This document shows positions 23,525 to 36,775 of a stretch of 64,000 nucleotides of DNA, one piece after another. The stretch covers positions 30,070,001 through 30,134,000 of the forward strand of contig JAGIQG010000022.1 in assembly GCA_024679065.1 (NCBI GenBank), read 5' to 3'. Position numbers and translations under genes: made by a program. The number at the start of each line of letters is the position of its first letter. Within the stretch, counting starts at the first letter, position 1. The notes beneath the pieces are model-generated. The model saw only the letters and a list, made by a program, of their open reading frames with translations. It was not told the DNA's origin and made no database searches. This DNA comes from Sphyrna mokarran. Taxonomy: Eukaryota.

Positions 23525-24428
23525 GGAATGAAAATTGGGTGGCTTCAAGAATGAGTAACCAACCTGTAAGACAAGCTTCATGGCTGGTGCCAGGTCTGTC
23601 AGCTACTTTGTGATCTGGGCCTTTATTCACAGAATGTAGTTTGAAAAAAAATTTTTGTACCTACAACTAAATATATATGGACTTCTGAATCCGATTCATT
23701 CTGTAATGTCAATGCATGGAATGTTACTGACAACCAATCATAACCCATCTCCTCCCACCCCAGAGGCAGTATGGGAAGTGGAAAAGCTCTCATTCATTGC
23801 GTGGGAATGTGTGGGATGGAGCTCCTGTTGCTTTCCTGACTTCCAATTAATCAGGGTTGGGAAAGCATACCTCCTTGGAAGCCAGTTGAGGGGGAAGAGG
23901 GGATGGCCACTTTGAAGATCTTATCCCACTGATGCCAGTATTTAACTAGTAATGGGTAGGAAGCATACGTTGTGGGCAACCTGCTGGACTGGACTGTGGC
24001 CTGGTAGGGAGGGTCCCTCCTACTTGGGCAACCCATGCCCAACAAAGAGGCTGGAGATAGGGGACACCCATGGGTGAAGAGTTGGCCTGTCCTCACAGCC
24101 CCTCCCCTGCCTCCCTCCAAGCTCTTTCCAATTAGCCTCAGCAAGTCCACCTTACCTACCTTCATACCAGGTGCTGGCAATAATGGTTCTGCCTGGGCCT
24201 GTTGCACTACCATTACTGGCGCGGCACCAGGCACTACAGACCCGCCAGTCCCTCATTGGCTTGTAACTCTTGGGAGATGGGATATCTGTCCTGAAGATGG
24301 CAAGAATCCTGGCAGCAGCCGGTTAATTATTTAACTGGCATAGTGTTGTCAGAATGAGGGTTGGAGGGTTGCTATCAGTTCTTCAGACAGTGGATGGGTC
24401 AATCACTGTGAACATTAATTTCACCCCG
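23525..24428. mobile_element. Probable non-autonomous DNA-transposon relic
   Basis: Ends gggaatgaaaattg and aatttcacccc are loosely inverted, with a GC-richer interior. Similar material at 47476-47950 and 50255-50480. Confidence 0.35.
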
Positions 24429-24805
24429 TGTAACAATAACAACAGCTTATATTTATAACATAATAAAATGCTACCTAGGTTTGGACAACTTCAAGTTTAT
24501 GGAGCGAGACCAGCCAGGATAGGTTGGGCTAGTCAAGTCTAGGCATAATGAGATTGGAATGGGGTGTTGAAACATCCCTCAGATCTGCTGTGGAATAAAA
24601 TGTGCAATAATATTCAGAGGGCTGAAAGCATAACTATACTTACAGTAGTGAATTCTAGTGGGGGGGGGGGTCATCATAACTCGAGCAAATAAAAATGCTC
24701 CTTAATACTCATACTTTCTGGCCAGTTGTCATAAACCTGTGTCCCTTGATTTAGTCCTTTCTGTAAATGGAAAGTCTCTATCTATCCATCAAAATCCTTG
24801 GTAAT

Positions 24806-24945
24806 AGAACAAAGAAAATTACAGCACAGTGTTCCAAGCTCACGCTGATCACGATGCCCAAACTAAACTAAAAACTGCCTTTACTTGGACCGTATGCCTC
24901 TATTCCATCCCGATTCATGTATCCACCCAAGCGCCTCTTTAATAT
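24806..24945 (-). mobile_element. CR1 LINE extreme 3' fragment
   Basis: agaacaaagaaaattacagcacag...cctctattccatcccgattcatgtatcc, complementary in style to the CR1 end at 50040-50170. Confidence 0.5.
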
Positions 24946-25099
24946 TGAATCCCATATCACATTATTTTTGTTCCGTTTCTTCACTTGGACCGTAACGCGC
25001 TCAGCATATATTTTTAGGCCGAATAATATGGTTCGTGGAGCTATTTAACTGTCATTAGCATTAATGTACTGGCTGTTTTGTGTGTCAAATGATCAGGGT

Positions 25100-25780
25100 G
25101 CTGAGTGCTGCTGAAACTACTCAGAGCAGCGCCGTGCCTCCTCCATGGTTATTTGGTCCTCTTCCAGGCTTTTTCGGCTGCCTAACTTGACAGTCAAATC
25201 ATTTCTGTCCCGCTCTGCGATATTGTTCATTCGATTCCTAATGATGTGCAGCTTGCCGCTCGCAGAAGCATTCTTGCAACTAACCCATTTCACACTAGCT
25301 TCACGCTTTAAGTGAGGCGATAATGAACTCGAGAAGAACTGCGCCTTCTCCCCCACCCTCCTCCCTTCAGTTCTGCTTCACACCGCCGCTGAAGGGGGTG
25401 GTAAATGGTGAGGTGAGGAGGAGGGGGGGGGAGTGGTGGTGCAGGGAAGGGGGGGGGGTGGTGGGGTGGATAGACTGGGTGATGGGAGAAAGATTGTGTT
25501 TCCGTCGAGTAAACACATCTTTACACCTGTGGCTCGGCAAATAGAGCTACAGACACGGCAGTTTAGTTTAGATTCATAGCTAGGTGTGATTCACGCTGGA
25601 TCAATTTGTCATCCTACTAAATGAAAACTAATTACTTCCTTGGGAAAATTTTCTTCGGAATTTTAGCTACTTATTGACTGCCTCCGTGGAGACAATGCAG
25701 CAGAGCCTGGTGCAGGTTGGAATGCAAAAGCAAGCTTGGCTGTGGCAGAGTAGCTTCCCTTCCCAAATCTCTCTCAGTAA
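25100..25780. promoter_or_regulatory. Candidate enhancer or conserved non-coding element with G-tract
   Basis: CpG-retaining unique sequence with TGACAG (TALE-type), GTAAACA (forkhead-type), TTCTTCGGAA and long G-runs at 25420-25480. Confidence 0.35.
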
Positions 25781-26174
25781 TAATTTAATCTGAATCTTAT
25801 TTTGTCTTCAGTGTATCGTCCCTGGGAGATGCATAATGTAAATAAATGAGATCTGCTTTATTTTCTAACCTCAAATCCAATCCTGTGGATAACTTATTTT
25901 TCTTTATTGCAATAAAAATGTCCAACTGATTATTATGCAAGTGAAAAATAATGCGATGTTCCTTTAAAGAGATCATCAGCAAACTAATTATTGAGCAGAG
26001 TCGCTTGTCTTTCTATTTATTTTCTATTTTTTATCTATATCTATTTATTTATATCCGTTTATCTACCTTTGCAAATGATCCAAGTCTGAATAACAAGGTC
26101 ACAAACCCAGCAGACAGATCATCTTTTGTTTCCTTCTTTGTGCTTTTTCTTCGCATCGATTTCTCAGCCTTCCA

Positions 26175-26750
26175 AGGCCAGCTGCACCTTGATTTTAAAA
26201 TGCTCATCTTTGCACTCAAATCTTCACTAGTCTCATAGAATCACAGAATAGAACCATACAGTGCAGAAAGAGGCCCTTTGGCCCATCAAGTCTGCACCGA
26301 CCACAATCCCACCTACGCCCTACCCCCATATCGCTACATGTTCTACATGTTAATCCCTCTAACCTATGCATCTCAGGACACTAAAGGGCAATTTTAGCAT
26401 CGCCAATCAGTCTAACCTGCACATCTTTGGATTGTGGGAGGAAACCGAAGCACCTGGAGGAAACCCACGCAGACACAAGGAGAATATGCACACTCCACAC
26501 AGCGAGCCGAGAATTGGACCCAGGTCCTTGGAGCTGTGAAGCAGCTGTGCTAACCACTGTGCTACCGTGCCGTCCCAAACCACCCCCTCCTTAGTCGCCT
26601 TTCCCCCTGCTACCTCCACCGCCCAGTTCTTCTGCCTTCTGGGATCTCTGCACTTCTCCAGTTCTGACCTCTTGTGTTTCTCTCATCTTCATCCCTCCAG
26701 CCTTGATGGCTCTATCTTGAGTTATCTTGACTCTTACCCTGAACTTATCC
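26175..26750 (+). mobile_element. L2 LINE RT C-terminal relic split by an HE1 SINE
   Basis: QLHLDFKMLIFALKS (cf. L2 RIxFKxLLLxxK) before the SINE, and gatctctgcacttctccagttctgacctcttg after it. Confidence 0.5.
26233..26576 (-). mobile_element. HE1-type V-SINE
   Basis: Full reverse-complement copy from tcatagaatc to ccgtgccgtccc. Confidence 0.92.
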
Positions 26751-26754
26751 TAAG

Positions 26755-27292
26755 CTGAACAGAACATTGGTTAGGCCACAGCTGGAGTGCTGTGTGCAGT
26801 TCTGGTCACCTCACTGTGGGAAGGATGTGATTGCATGAGATGGGATATAGAGGAGATTAGCCGGTGTGTTACTGGAATAGAGCATTTGAGCTATAAGGAG
26901 TGACTGGAAAGGTTTGAATTGATTTCTTTAGAGCAGAAAGGGCTGAGGGCTTGATGTGTATAAGATTATGAGGGGTGTGGACCTGGTGAATAGGAAGCAC
27001 CTATGCCTCTTGGTTGAGGGCTCAAACATGAGGGGGCATTGTTAAGGGCAAGAGATTCAGAGTGGATTTGAAAAATGTTTTCACTCAGGAGAATCTGGAA
27101 GGTGATGGAGGCTGGAAAGGTTACAGTCTTTAAAAGTATTTGGATGTGCACACGAAACACTGTAACATTACAAGGATATGGGACAAGTGCTGGAAAATGG
27201 AATCAGAGCAATTTTAGTGGTTAGACCCATTTTGTCGGTGCAGACTTGATGGGCTGAAGGGCGTTTTCTACGCTATAGGGTTCTCTGATTCT
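26755..27292 (+). mobile_element. CR1 (HER1-like) LINE 3' end
   Basis: TLVRPQLECCVQFWSPHCGKD motif, ending in gtcggtgcagacttgatgggctgaaggg...ttctctgattct, the same tail as HE1 SINEs. Confidence 0.88.
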
Positions 27293-27419
27293 CTCCTTTA
27301 AGAACTTCTTAAAATCTGTTTGGCCTTTGACCAACTGTTCTAATATCTCCCAAGGCTTGGCGTGGAATTTTGTCAGAGATTTTCTGAAATGTCTTTGAAT
27401 GTTTGATTGCATTAGAAGT

Positions 27420-27770
27420 ATTTTTTTTAAACTCATTGAACATGGGGCATTGCTGGCTGGCCAGCATTTATTGCCCAAACCTAGTTGCTGAGGGCAGTTG
27501 AGAGTCAACTCTCAACTGCCCTCTGGAGGTACATAGAGGCCAGATCAGTTAAGGATGGCGGATTTCCTTCTCTAGAGGACATTAGTGAACCAGATGAGTT
27601 TTTATCAGAATCAACAATGGTTTCATAGTAGATTCTTAATTCCAAATATTTTTTATTGAATTCAAATTCCACCATCTGTCATGGCGAGATTCAAACCTGA
27701 GTCCCCACAACATTACTGAGTTTCTGGATTAATAGTCTCATGATCATATTAATAGGCCATCACCTCCCCC
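27420..27770 (-). mobile_element. tRNA-derived SINE with CR1/L2-group LINE tail
   Basis: Reverse complement of the 10420 family. B-box-like gtttgaatct near 27688-27697 and tail gccagcatttattgccca. Confidence 0.75.
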
Positions 27771-27856
27771 TTAAACTTGTTCCTTTTGTTTATATTTGTG
27801 TAAAAATGTTTCCCCATTTTATCAAACTGGGGCAATTGAATATTGATCTTGGTTTA

Positions 27857-28305
27857 ATAAAAGCAAAATACTGCAGATGCTGGAATTTGAAACATGAACA
27901 AAGAATGCTGAAAAAAACCCAGCAGCTCTGGAAGCATCTGAAGGAACAGAAAAACCGAGTTAACTTTTTGAGTCCCTATGACTCTTCTTCAGAGCTAGAG
28001 GAGAAAATGTGTTGGATTATCCAGTGTACAAGAGGCAGTGGCACGGTAGATGGTCAGTGATTCACCAGAGCTGGGAGAGATTGCAACAAAGATGTGACAA
28101 GACTTAAAAATAAGTGACAGATGGTCTGTTGGGTGAGGAGGGTTTTTGCACAGAGACAAAAAATGTTTGGGATATCTTAAAAAAAAATTAAAATGGAGGA
28201 GAAACATCACAGTCCAATGTTATTGAACTCAGTGTTGAGTCCTGAGGATTGCAGTGTTCCTAATTGGAAGATGAGGTGCTGCTTCATCAGTTTGCATTGG
28301 GATCT
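27857..28305 (-). mobile_element. Penelope-like element 3' end (family B)
   Basis: Minus strand QCKLMKQHLIFQLGTLQSSGLNTEFNN (GIY-YIG C-terminal GLN motif), then a UTR with decayed hammerhead CTGAAGA-A-GAGTC-ATAGG-GACTC-AAAA at about 27960-27993. Confidence 0.8.
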
Positions 28306-28559
28306 TGTCATCATCAAGTTCTGTCTTTGACAAGGAGGTTAGTATGGGGGTGGTGTAGGATTTATTGACAGTGAGTTGCTAATTTGTAGTGCTAATGGAT
28401 ACAAGGCACTAAACGCCAACTTTGTCAATAAAGTTACACCTGATATTTGAATTGCCCGATGACCATAAATGTCTTGTGGCGATGTAAGAAAGCTATCAAA
28501 TTCTAATAAAAAGTTTTGTTTTGAAAAGGGCCTTAAAGGTACCGGAAGTAAAGACTTCA

Positions 28560-28935
28560 AATTTTATCGTTCTTCCATGACCTACGTTAGGACAACCCAA
28601 AGTGCTTCACATGGAAAGTAGAAGCACAAATAGGCCATTCAATTCTTTGAGCCTGCTCTGCCATTCATTTTGATCACGGCTGATCATCAAATTCAATATC
28701 TTGATCACCCCTCTTCCTCCCCCCCTCTCCTCTGTATTTCTTGATCTCTTCAGCTATTACAGTCAATGAGGTATTTTTGAAATGTAGTTGTTGTAATTGA
28801 GGAGTATCATAGTTGAAGCTGTATATGGCAACTCCCACAGATAAAAATGAACCGATAATCTGTTTTGAGGTGTTGATTGAGTGACAAATACTGGCGAAGA
28901 TTCTGAAGAGATAGTGCCCACTTTACTTCACGCTC
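28560..28935 (-). mobile_element. Deu-domain SINE relic with a nested CR1 3' fragment (about 28612-28755)
   Basis: cccaaagtgcttcac, insert ataggccattcaa...gagcctgctctgccattc...gctgatc, then acagtcaatgaggtatttttgaaatgtag...gataatctgtttt. Confidence 0.6.
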
Positions 28936-29081
28936 TTGTATGTGGGAATGGATGGAGAGATTTCACTTAAACACTGAAAGGAGTAGTGATTTTTAAAAAT
29001 CTGGAATCCTGATGCAGATTTGCAAGCACAATGAAAAGGAACAACCCCAACACACACATTTTGCTGAACCATTAAAAATAG

Positions 29082-29197
29082 AGGGCGGAAGATTATAACC
29101 TCACCTGCTGGCAGGATCTGGCACTGCACTTTCCAAAGGTCTTGCCGTATGTTACGGCCCCACCTCCAGCACGACAGATCCGTAAAATTCCGGCCAT
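29082..29197. mobile_element. Short MITE (PIF/Harbinger-like ends)
   Basis: Ends gggcggaagattata and taaaattccggcc are imperfect inverted repeats, as are internal gctggcaggatct and cagcacgacagatcc. Confidence 0.45.
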
Positions 29198-29364
29198 AGG
29201 AAAATTGTGGAAAAGATACTTTGAGCAGATCATGAAGATGCTTCCTCAAATTGAGTCCCAGCCAAAGTGATTATTCTGTTGAGGCAATTTGCACACGAGA
29301 CATAAGTAGATATGATTTTGATAAATTTCTAATATTTTTTGAATTATATAGCACAGTACCTCTT

Positions 29365-29679
29365 GAATCATAGAATAGAATCCCTGCAATGCAGAAGGAG
29401 GCTATTTGGCCCATGGAGTCTGCACCAATCACAATCCCACCCAGGCCCTATTGCTATAATGCCACCTATTTACCCTGCTAATCTGTTTGACACTATGGTC
29501 AATTTAGCATGGCCAATCAACCTAACTCACAGATCTTTGGACTGTGGGACAAAACCGAAGCACCTGGAGGAAACCCACACAAACATGGGGAGAATGTGCA
29601 AACTCCATGCAGACAGTGACCCGAGGCCAGAATTGAACCAGGGTCCCTGACGCTGTGAGGCATTAGTGCTAACCACTGT
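29365..29679 (-). mobile_element. HE1-type V-SINE
   Basis: Reverse-complement copy from the gaatcatagaa tail to gtgctaaccactgt. Confidence 0.92.
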
Positions 29680-30277
29680 ATGAATACCTTTTCCAAAGAA
29701 ATGGTGCTTTTTGGAGGTAAAGTAAACCCTGGTGTTTACGTAACTAAATTGATTCTAAGTGCTTGATGTAAAACGTAGGTTCTTGCATGTGAATCCTTCC
29801 ATGGAATCTGTTGTCTCTTTACCATCTGCCATTTCATTACTCAGGAAGTGGTGCTTGAGTGAAAGAGAAGTAAGGGCCTATCTAGCTGTCAGATATCCTG
29901 ATAACATGTTGTATGGGGCTTTCAAAGTCCTGCTTTTCACTGTAAAGGCATTAACCCACTGATAGCAATCTTGTCTGAGTGTGACTGATACCTACCATCA
30001 GCCAGAAGTGATAGGTGATCTTATCATTGCCTGAACTGCTTTCTGTGCTTTTTATTTAAAGTTGCCATTTTCTTGTTTGCTGGTCTCCCATTGTGAGCTG
30101 CATTGGGGAAAAGCTAAATTTCCAGCATGCTTCACAATTGTTCGAAGAGGATGGACTTTTATTTACGATATTTAAGGTGAGATCGTTGGTTGTATGTTTC
30201 CACCTGAATCTTGCTATGCTAAAAATGGTGACAGTGTCTGAAGCAACACACAACGTTAAGCAACTTCTTACAGTTGT

Positions 30278-30592
30278 GCGTGGCACAGTGATTAGCTCTG
30301 CTGCTTCACAGCGCCAAGTACTCTGTTTTAATTCCACCCTCAGATCACTGACTGTGTGGAGTTTTGCACATTCCCCCCATTTCTGATTGGGTTTCCTCCG
30401 AGTGCTCCGGTTTCCTCCCACAGTCCAAATGTATGTGGGCTAGGCTGATTGGTCATGATAAATTGCCCTTTAGTGTCAGGGGGACTAACAGGTTAAATAT
30501 ATGAAGTTATGGGGATAGGACTTGGATGGAATTGTCATCAGTACAGACTGATGCGCAGATGGTCTTCTTCTGCACTGTAGGAATTCTGTGAT
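30278..30592 (+). mobile_element. HE1-type V-SINE
   Basis: gtggcacagtgattagc head, gggtttcctccgagtgctccggtttcctcccacagtccaaa V-domain, tail. Confidence 0.9.
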
Positions 30593-31330
30593 TAATTGTA
30601 TTCAATTCAGCATGACTAACATATCACAGACATTCAGTGATGAAACCTCTTCCTTACATGAATTGTCAGTAAAAGATAACAATCTCTTACCTGTAAATGT
30701 TCACCATTCATTTTTGAAAAACACATTGCTCCAATTTTATTCTTTTTGCTATCTGTGATACTCCCAGCTCTGCCACTCTGTTCCCAACAGACATCTTTTT
30801 GTTTATGATCAAGGGATTGTTGAAGCTGGGTCAAGAGATGGTAAGATTTGAACTCTGAACTGAGGACAAAGAGCTCACTCCATATGGTTTAGTCTTCCGC
30901 TTTCATCCTGTTGCAAATCAACTGTAAATCAGTGAAGAGTGCGAACGTAGTTGTGAAGCAAGCAGGGTAATTGCTTGGCATTTGATCTGTGCTCGTTGAG
31001 GCAAATGTAATCAGTTTAGAGGTGTTGTATTGTGGTAGCGAAAGGATCAAGTCCCCAAGTGAAACAAGTTAAAGAACTTGTTCGTTTTCACAAACCTCTT
31101 GGTGTAGTGATTTTCTTCTGATGCTGTGAAATTGAATAATCACCATGTGACTCCACAGCTCAAATCATTTCACCTGAGCGACAAGTTTACAAAATAGTAA
31201 AAGATTTTGTTTATTCGTTCATGGTTCCTATTCTGGTGGATAATAAACTTCGCATCAAGCTCAATGATGAGGATTAAGGATAAACGAGCATCTGGCCAAG
31301 GATTGACCAAATGCAGTACAACGTACAACA

Positions 31331-31640
31331 ATAGAAACACAGCAAGTGGCCATTTGGCCCATCCAATCTACACCAACTCTACAAAAGAGCAGCCCTCCCC
31401 TCTGCCCTATCCCTGTAACCCTACATCGCCTAATTTACACATCTTTGGACACTAATTGGGAAATTTAGCATGGCCAATCCTCCGAACCTGCACATTTTTG
31501 GAGTTTGGGAGGAAATCAGAGCATCCAAGGGAAACCCAGGCAGACACGAGGAAAACTCCATACGGAGAGTCACCCGAGGCCAGAATTGAACCCGTGTCCC
31601 TGTGAGGCAACAGTGTGAATTACTGTACCACCATGCTACC
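31331..31640 (-). mobile_element. HE1-type V-SINE (diverged)
   Basis: aatttagcatggccaatcc...acctgcacatttttgg...gaattgaaccc...caccatgctacc. Confidence 0.85.
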
Positions 31641-31899
31641 TCCATGTTTTCCTAATTTAATCACATTCCAGTAAGTATGGTCATTTTTGTTACATACTAG
31701 TCAGATTAAAAGGCAAACACATTAACAGTTGAATCATCAGTAAAAGATTCCTCTTTGATTTCCTTTTCTTATGTTTCTGTCTGCCTCTGAAACCCGCTGT
31801 CTTTTGGAATAGGCCACATCATTCTGGTTTTTAGTGGTGCCGGGTACAACTTCTCCCAGAACCCAAAAGTTAACATCAAAATTCCTAACTGAAATCTTC

Positions 31900-34800
31900 A
31901 ACCTGTTCTTGACTGCCATGAGATGGCACTCCAGGTTCATGTTCTCCATCAATGATTTGCTTTTGTAAGAGAGAGTCAGACATTCTGGCTACATGACCAG
32001 CTTAACTCACTTGTGACTGTCTCAACGTGGTAGGGATGCTTGGCATGCTTCCTTGGGTGAGCATGTTGCTGTCTGGTGTTCTATCCTGCTATCTGATCTT
32101 GAGAAACTGTTGACAACGGAACAAGTGAAACTGATTGAGATTCTTGGCCTGACACCAGTATACAGTCCATGTGTCACATGCATAGAACAAAATGAGCAGG
32201 ATTGTTGTTCAATTAACTTCGAGTTGATGGATAGACTTATTCCCCGACATTCCGGGACTCTCGTTCAAAATTTATCAAAGGCTTCATTTGGCAATTCTTG
32301 CATTTGTCCTGTCATCAGCATGGACAGCTTGAGGAACAGTGCTACTGAGATAAGTGAGCTTATCCGTTCCCACCATAGACTGAAATTTTGGATTCTAGTT
32401 GGTGGTTTTCTGGAGCAAGTAGTACATAACTCCAGTCTTCTTAATGCAGTTTGTACGTCCAAATATGTTGCATACATTGGAGAACAAGCCCATACTCTGC
32501 ATGTCGATCTCTGAACTGGCAGCAGGTGCAGAGTAATTAGTAAACAGGAAATAGTGAAACACATCCTTGGGGATCTTGGTCTTTTCTGGCATTGTCTGAA
32601 GTTGAGAAGTTTCCCGATTATATGATTTATCATTTCAATGCGTGGATGGAACGTGTGGGAGAGCATGTCTGAGAAAAACTGATGGGGACTGGTGTTAGCT
32701 CAGAGCCCGGTTTTAACTCCATTAGTTAAAGGGTCAGAACACTCACCAAAATCCAGATCACATGAGCATGCCATCATGGAACTGAGGAACCATTTTAATG
32801 CATTTCTCAATCCAGCCGAATTTCTCTGTGACTTTCCACCAGTCCTCACGGCTGACTATGACAAAGGCCTTGGTCGGATCAGCAAATGTGATGTACAGGT
32901 CAACGTTCCGTTCTTGGCATTTTCCTGGAACTATCCTTCTGCAAATACTATATCTGTGATTCCTCCACTTTTTCTGAAATCACGCTAACTTTCTGGTGGC
33001 TGATTCTGATCGCACTACTGCACTAAGCGATTCAGAAGGATTCTGGTGAAGATATTGCTGGCAATAAAGAGGAGTGAATTCCCTCTGATTGTTACAAGAT
33101 TAGCAAGTTTCTCACTGTCTCTGTGCCTGTACTGTGGAGGCATCTTTGCATTCTTTGAGATGATTCTTTGCTCCCACATAGGCTGAGGGAGTTCAGCAAG
33201 CTTCCTGACCAGGCATAGTCTGCCATATCTTATCGACAAGGCAGGAGTTTAATTGGGTTCATCATTTCCATCAAGGGCTGGAGAATCAACAAACGAGCAA
33301 CTGATGGTAATCTGTTGGTGAAGGCTGATTGAGGATGTGATTAAAGTGCTGTGCTCATCTTCCTAGGATTTGGGCTTTGTCTACGTGCAGTGTTGGTCCA
33401 TTGGCATTGAGGATTGGTTTTGAACCAGCAGATTGGGTCGTGTAGACAGATTTGAGAGTATTTAACTTTTAAGTTTCTTTTTTAGTGTCACAAGTTGGCT
33501 TGCATTAACGCTACAATGAAGTCACTGTGAAAATCCCCTAGTCGCCACACATCAACACCTGTTTGGGTACACTGAGGGAGAATTTAGCATGGCCAGTGCA
33601 TCGAGCCAGCACATCTTTTGGCCTGTGGAGGAAACTGGAGCACCCGGAGGAAAGCCACGCAGATACCGAGAGAACATGCGAACGCCACACAGACAGTGAC
33701 CCACGCAGGAATCGAACCTGGGTTCCTGGCTCTGTGACGCAGCTGTGCTAACCACTGTGCCACCATGTCGCCACTGCCACTTGGGGTCTCTTCCAGTCTT
33801 TGATGTCTGCATATGATTGAATTCCATCTGCTTTTTGATTCAGGCAAGTGTGTTGCATCTCTTTAAACTTCCAGAGGATGGTCCTGTTTTAGAATTTATC
33901 CTTGACGTCTTAAGAGGTGTTCATAGTAGGGACGTGCACACTAATGAAAGTAGCTTGCTTGTTGCCCTGCAGGGGGGAGTTTAAGCACCATCAGATGATG
34001 ATTAAAGCTTCTGAGAAGGCAAGTCAACTCACTGTTGAGATCATTCATAACAGCAAAGCCCACAACAGCCTTGTGCCATTCTACTTTTCCCATGGCCACT
34101 CCAAATCTGCAGCGATTTCCCTGAGATTTACTGAGGCTGGTAATCTGGACTTTGTTCTATGCTTGTCCTCTACTAATAAGAGCAGTTCTTCTGTCAAGTG
34201 CCAGTCGTAACCAGTGTCACCTTTTACTTTCTTTGAAATTGCCATATTGATCGCATGCTGGCCACAGAGGTGAAGCAGTTTAGGACTCCTTTTCTAGCCC
34301 CTTCATCCTACTGGGGAAGTGCTCCTTAAAAGTGCGCAGTCACTCAGGGAGTTGCTGAGTTTCATTTCTGTTTTCTTGCAGTGTGAGATGATCGTATGGG
34401 CTGAGGTGTCTGTGGCTACAGATCCCAGTAGATTCATAGCTACAGATCCCAGTAAATCCGCACGCTGTTTGTCGCTCGCAGGTTATCACAGGGCTTATGA
34501 CAAATAGATGTTGGGTGGCATATGATGGACATGACTTGGCCATGAATTGGATGATAGCGAGGAAGAGTTATGCATCATCAGCCTCACTCTGATCCTGAGC
34601 TGTCTTGATGTAGTGGCGAGTCTCATCTGGATGGTTAGAAATAGGTTCCAGATGCAGCAAGTGACCAGAATATCTTCTGTGCCTTGTTGAGCTCTACATG
34701 TTCCACAACATGGTGCTGACCCACCTTCAAGATAGTTAGACCTCCGATTGGTCTCATCTGCCCAGACCACAAGAATTAATCTCAGTATGTCAGGATAGAC

Positions 34801-35000
34801 AGATCTGTAAGTTGGCGAGCATAGGAGACAAGACAACTGCTTTCACCCCTTTTGGGCCATCTGTCAACTCTGGCTGCTGATGCATGCTTGGAACTACAGG
34901 TGAAGATGAGGACCAATACAGAATGAGCCAGTAGAAGGGGTGTTTGCCTTTTAGAGGTGCTGTGCCATCCTTACAAACCATACACCCCATAGCCATATAG
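31900..35000 (-). mobile_element. Decayed RTE-clade LINE (APE endonuclease plus RT)
   Basis: Minus-strand RGNSLLFIASNIFTRILLNRL (cf. YRGISLLSIAGKILARILLNRL) and LLFTNYSAPAA (cf. LLFADDxALAA), many stops. A SINE is inserted at 33471-33772. Confidence 0.8.
33471..33772 (-). mobile_element. HE1-headed V-SINE with an alternative 3' tail
   Basis: HE1 head and V-domain, but the tail is ctccctcagtgtaccc...tgtggcgactaggggattttcacagt...cttgtgacactaa rather than the CR1/HER1 tail. Confidence 0.88.
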
Positions 35001-36775
35001 CATAAAAATAAATACACTCAGATTGTGTTAGAGTAAGAGCAGCTGACAAGGGTGAAACGATGATCAGGCAGGGGACGAGGCTCGCCCATTGCACTGGCTG
35101 TGCTGATGGCTATATCATGGTTTGCCCAGGCTAGGGTGGAGTAAAAGATCTGGGTAGCCAATGAGGCTAAACTGAGACTTTACCTGATGCAATTTTTTAA
35201 AGCCATTGTGTCTCATCTTAGCCGAAATGCCTTAGATCAAGCCGGGAGAGGATGTAATGCCTCACTCTGCCAGCCTGGATCTTGCCCAAGATGAGAATGC
35301 AAAGTCTTATCTTGTCAGCTTGGATCTGGTTTGTCCCTCATGATTGAACTTAATTTGATTTGGCTTTTCTGATTAGAATTAACATCCCAAAAGATACCAA
35401 AACAAAAGGAGGAAAAATCCAAAATTGAGTTTGGACATAACAGCAGACATAAAAATGGGGAGATTCAAAGAGAAAAGTTATAGTTAGAGATTTGCCAGGA
35501 CTTCGCACATCACATTCTAGGGAAAGGCATTGAAGATAAAGTCAGAAGGGGAAAGAATTATTAATGAATATTTTGTGTTTGAAAGTGACACTAATTAGAA
35601 TTGGTGAGTTTATCACTGTGCATGTCAGATAACCATTTCAGAGTCACTCTTGGGATAGTTTAAAGATAGATGGGCTTGCTAGGAAGATGGCACCTTTGAT
35701 GGCTCAATCAGTTCGCCCGTGTGACTGGATTACGAATTAAAGCAGTTGCAAATTAATTGTTCTGCGTTGCTCTCGTGGGCTAGGACGTGGCAACCAATTG
35801 CAACAGGTAAATTCATCAGACTGAAGAAAAATATAATTATCAGGAGTCTTAGAGAAAGGAAAATGGTGAGAAACGAGCAGCAATCGTATGTGGGATCTAT
35901 CAACTGATGAAATCACCGACTGAGGACACCTCTGTTCCCGTAAATTGCTTTTAAAATTCTTAATTTCCCAAAGCAAATATCTTCTGCACTGAAGGATGAT
36001 GGCAGGGATTAGACACGTATCCAGTTGACATTTACTGTGGGTGTCTTTTCAGAATGAAATTGCCGACCTTTGAGCTGCCAGCGATGAGGAGGTGTTAAGA
36101 TCTTAAAAGTGACTGCGTCTCAGCACTGTTCAACATCGCAAGACAGGCTGCCTAACATTTCGCCAACATTTGTCTTCTAAATTGTACAGTGTAAAATATT
36201 TATAAAACACACGTGTGGAAGTGAATTTAAAAGGCATATTAAAGTCGCTGCTTAAATTATTTATACTCTGTAAATATAGAAACAGAGAAATGAATGGAAG
36301 CTGGCGACGGCTGATGGTACTGGAATCTCCATTGGGGGTAGTGGGGAGGGCAGATTCTGTATGTGTAACTGCTGCCTGCGGAGCTTCTTTTCTGAATTTA
36401 ATGCCCCCTTCCCTTCAGTCCCTTTATGGACATGAAGCTGAAACGGTCAAGAACGGGCAGCAGCTTGGTCATTTGCGATGAGTGGAACACTGACCTTGAC
36501 ATTGGTTAAGAAAACCAAGCAGGAGACTTGCAGCCTGATCCCAGGTGGAATGCAAGCTCTATGATGGAGTCAGTACAAATTGGCTGTCGACAACAAACCT
36601 AACCACAACTGGGAAAGTATTAGATGGTCTGCTTTGTTTTGAGCAGGCTGACAAGTAAAAGTCCCCTTTTTCCAGTATACTGTATTACATGCCCTATTTA
36701 AGCCTTTTTTTTTTTGCATTGAGCCTGTCTTAGTTTTTCTACAGGAACGATGTTATGTGATTTTTAAAAATATGT

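Noticed and set aside
32053-32666. 153-aa and 133-aa overlapping ORFs
   Set aside because: Antisense or off-frame translations of the decayed RTE LINE.
34415-34455. Short tandem repeat gctacagatcccagta x2
   Set aside because: Ordinary slippage duplication within the RTE relic.
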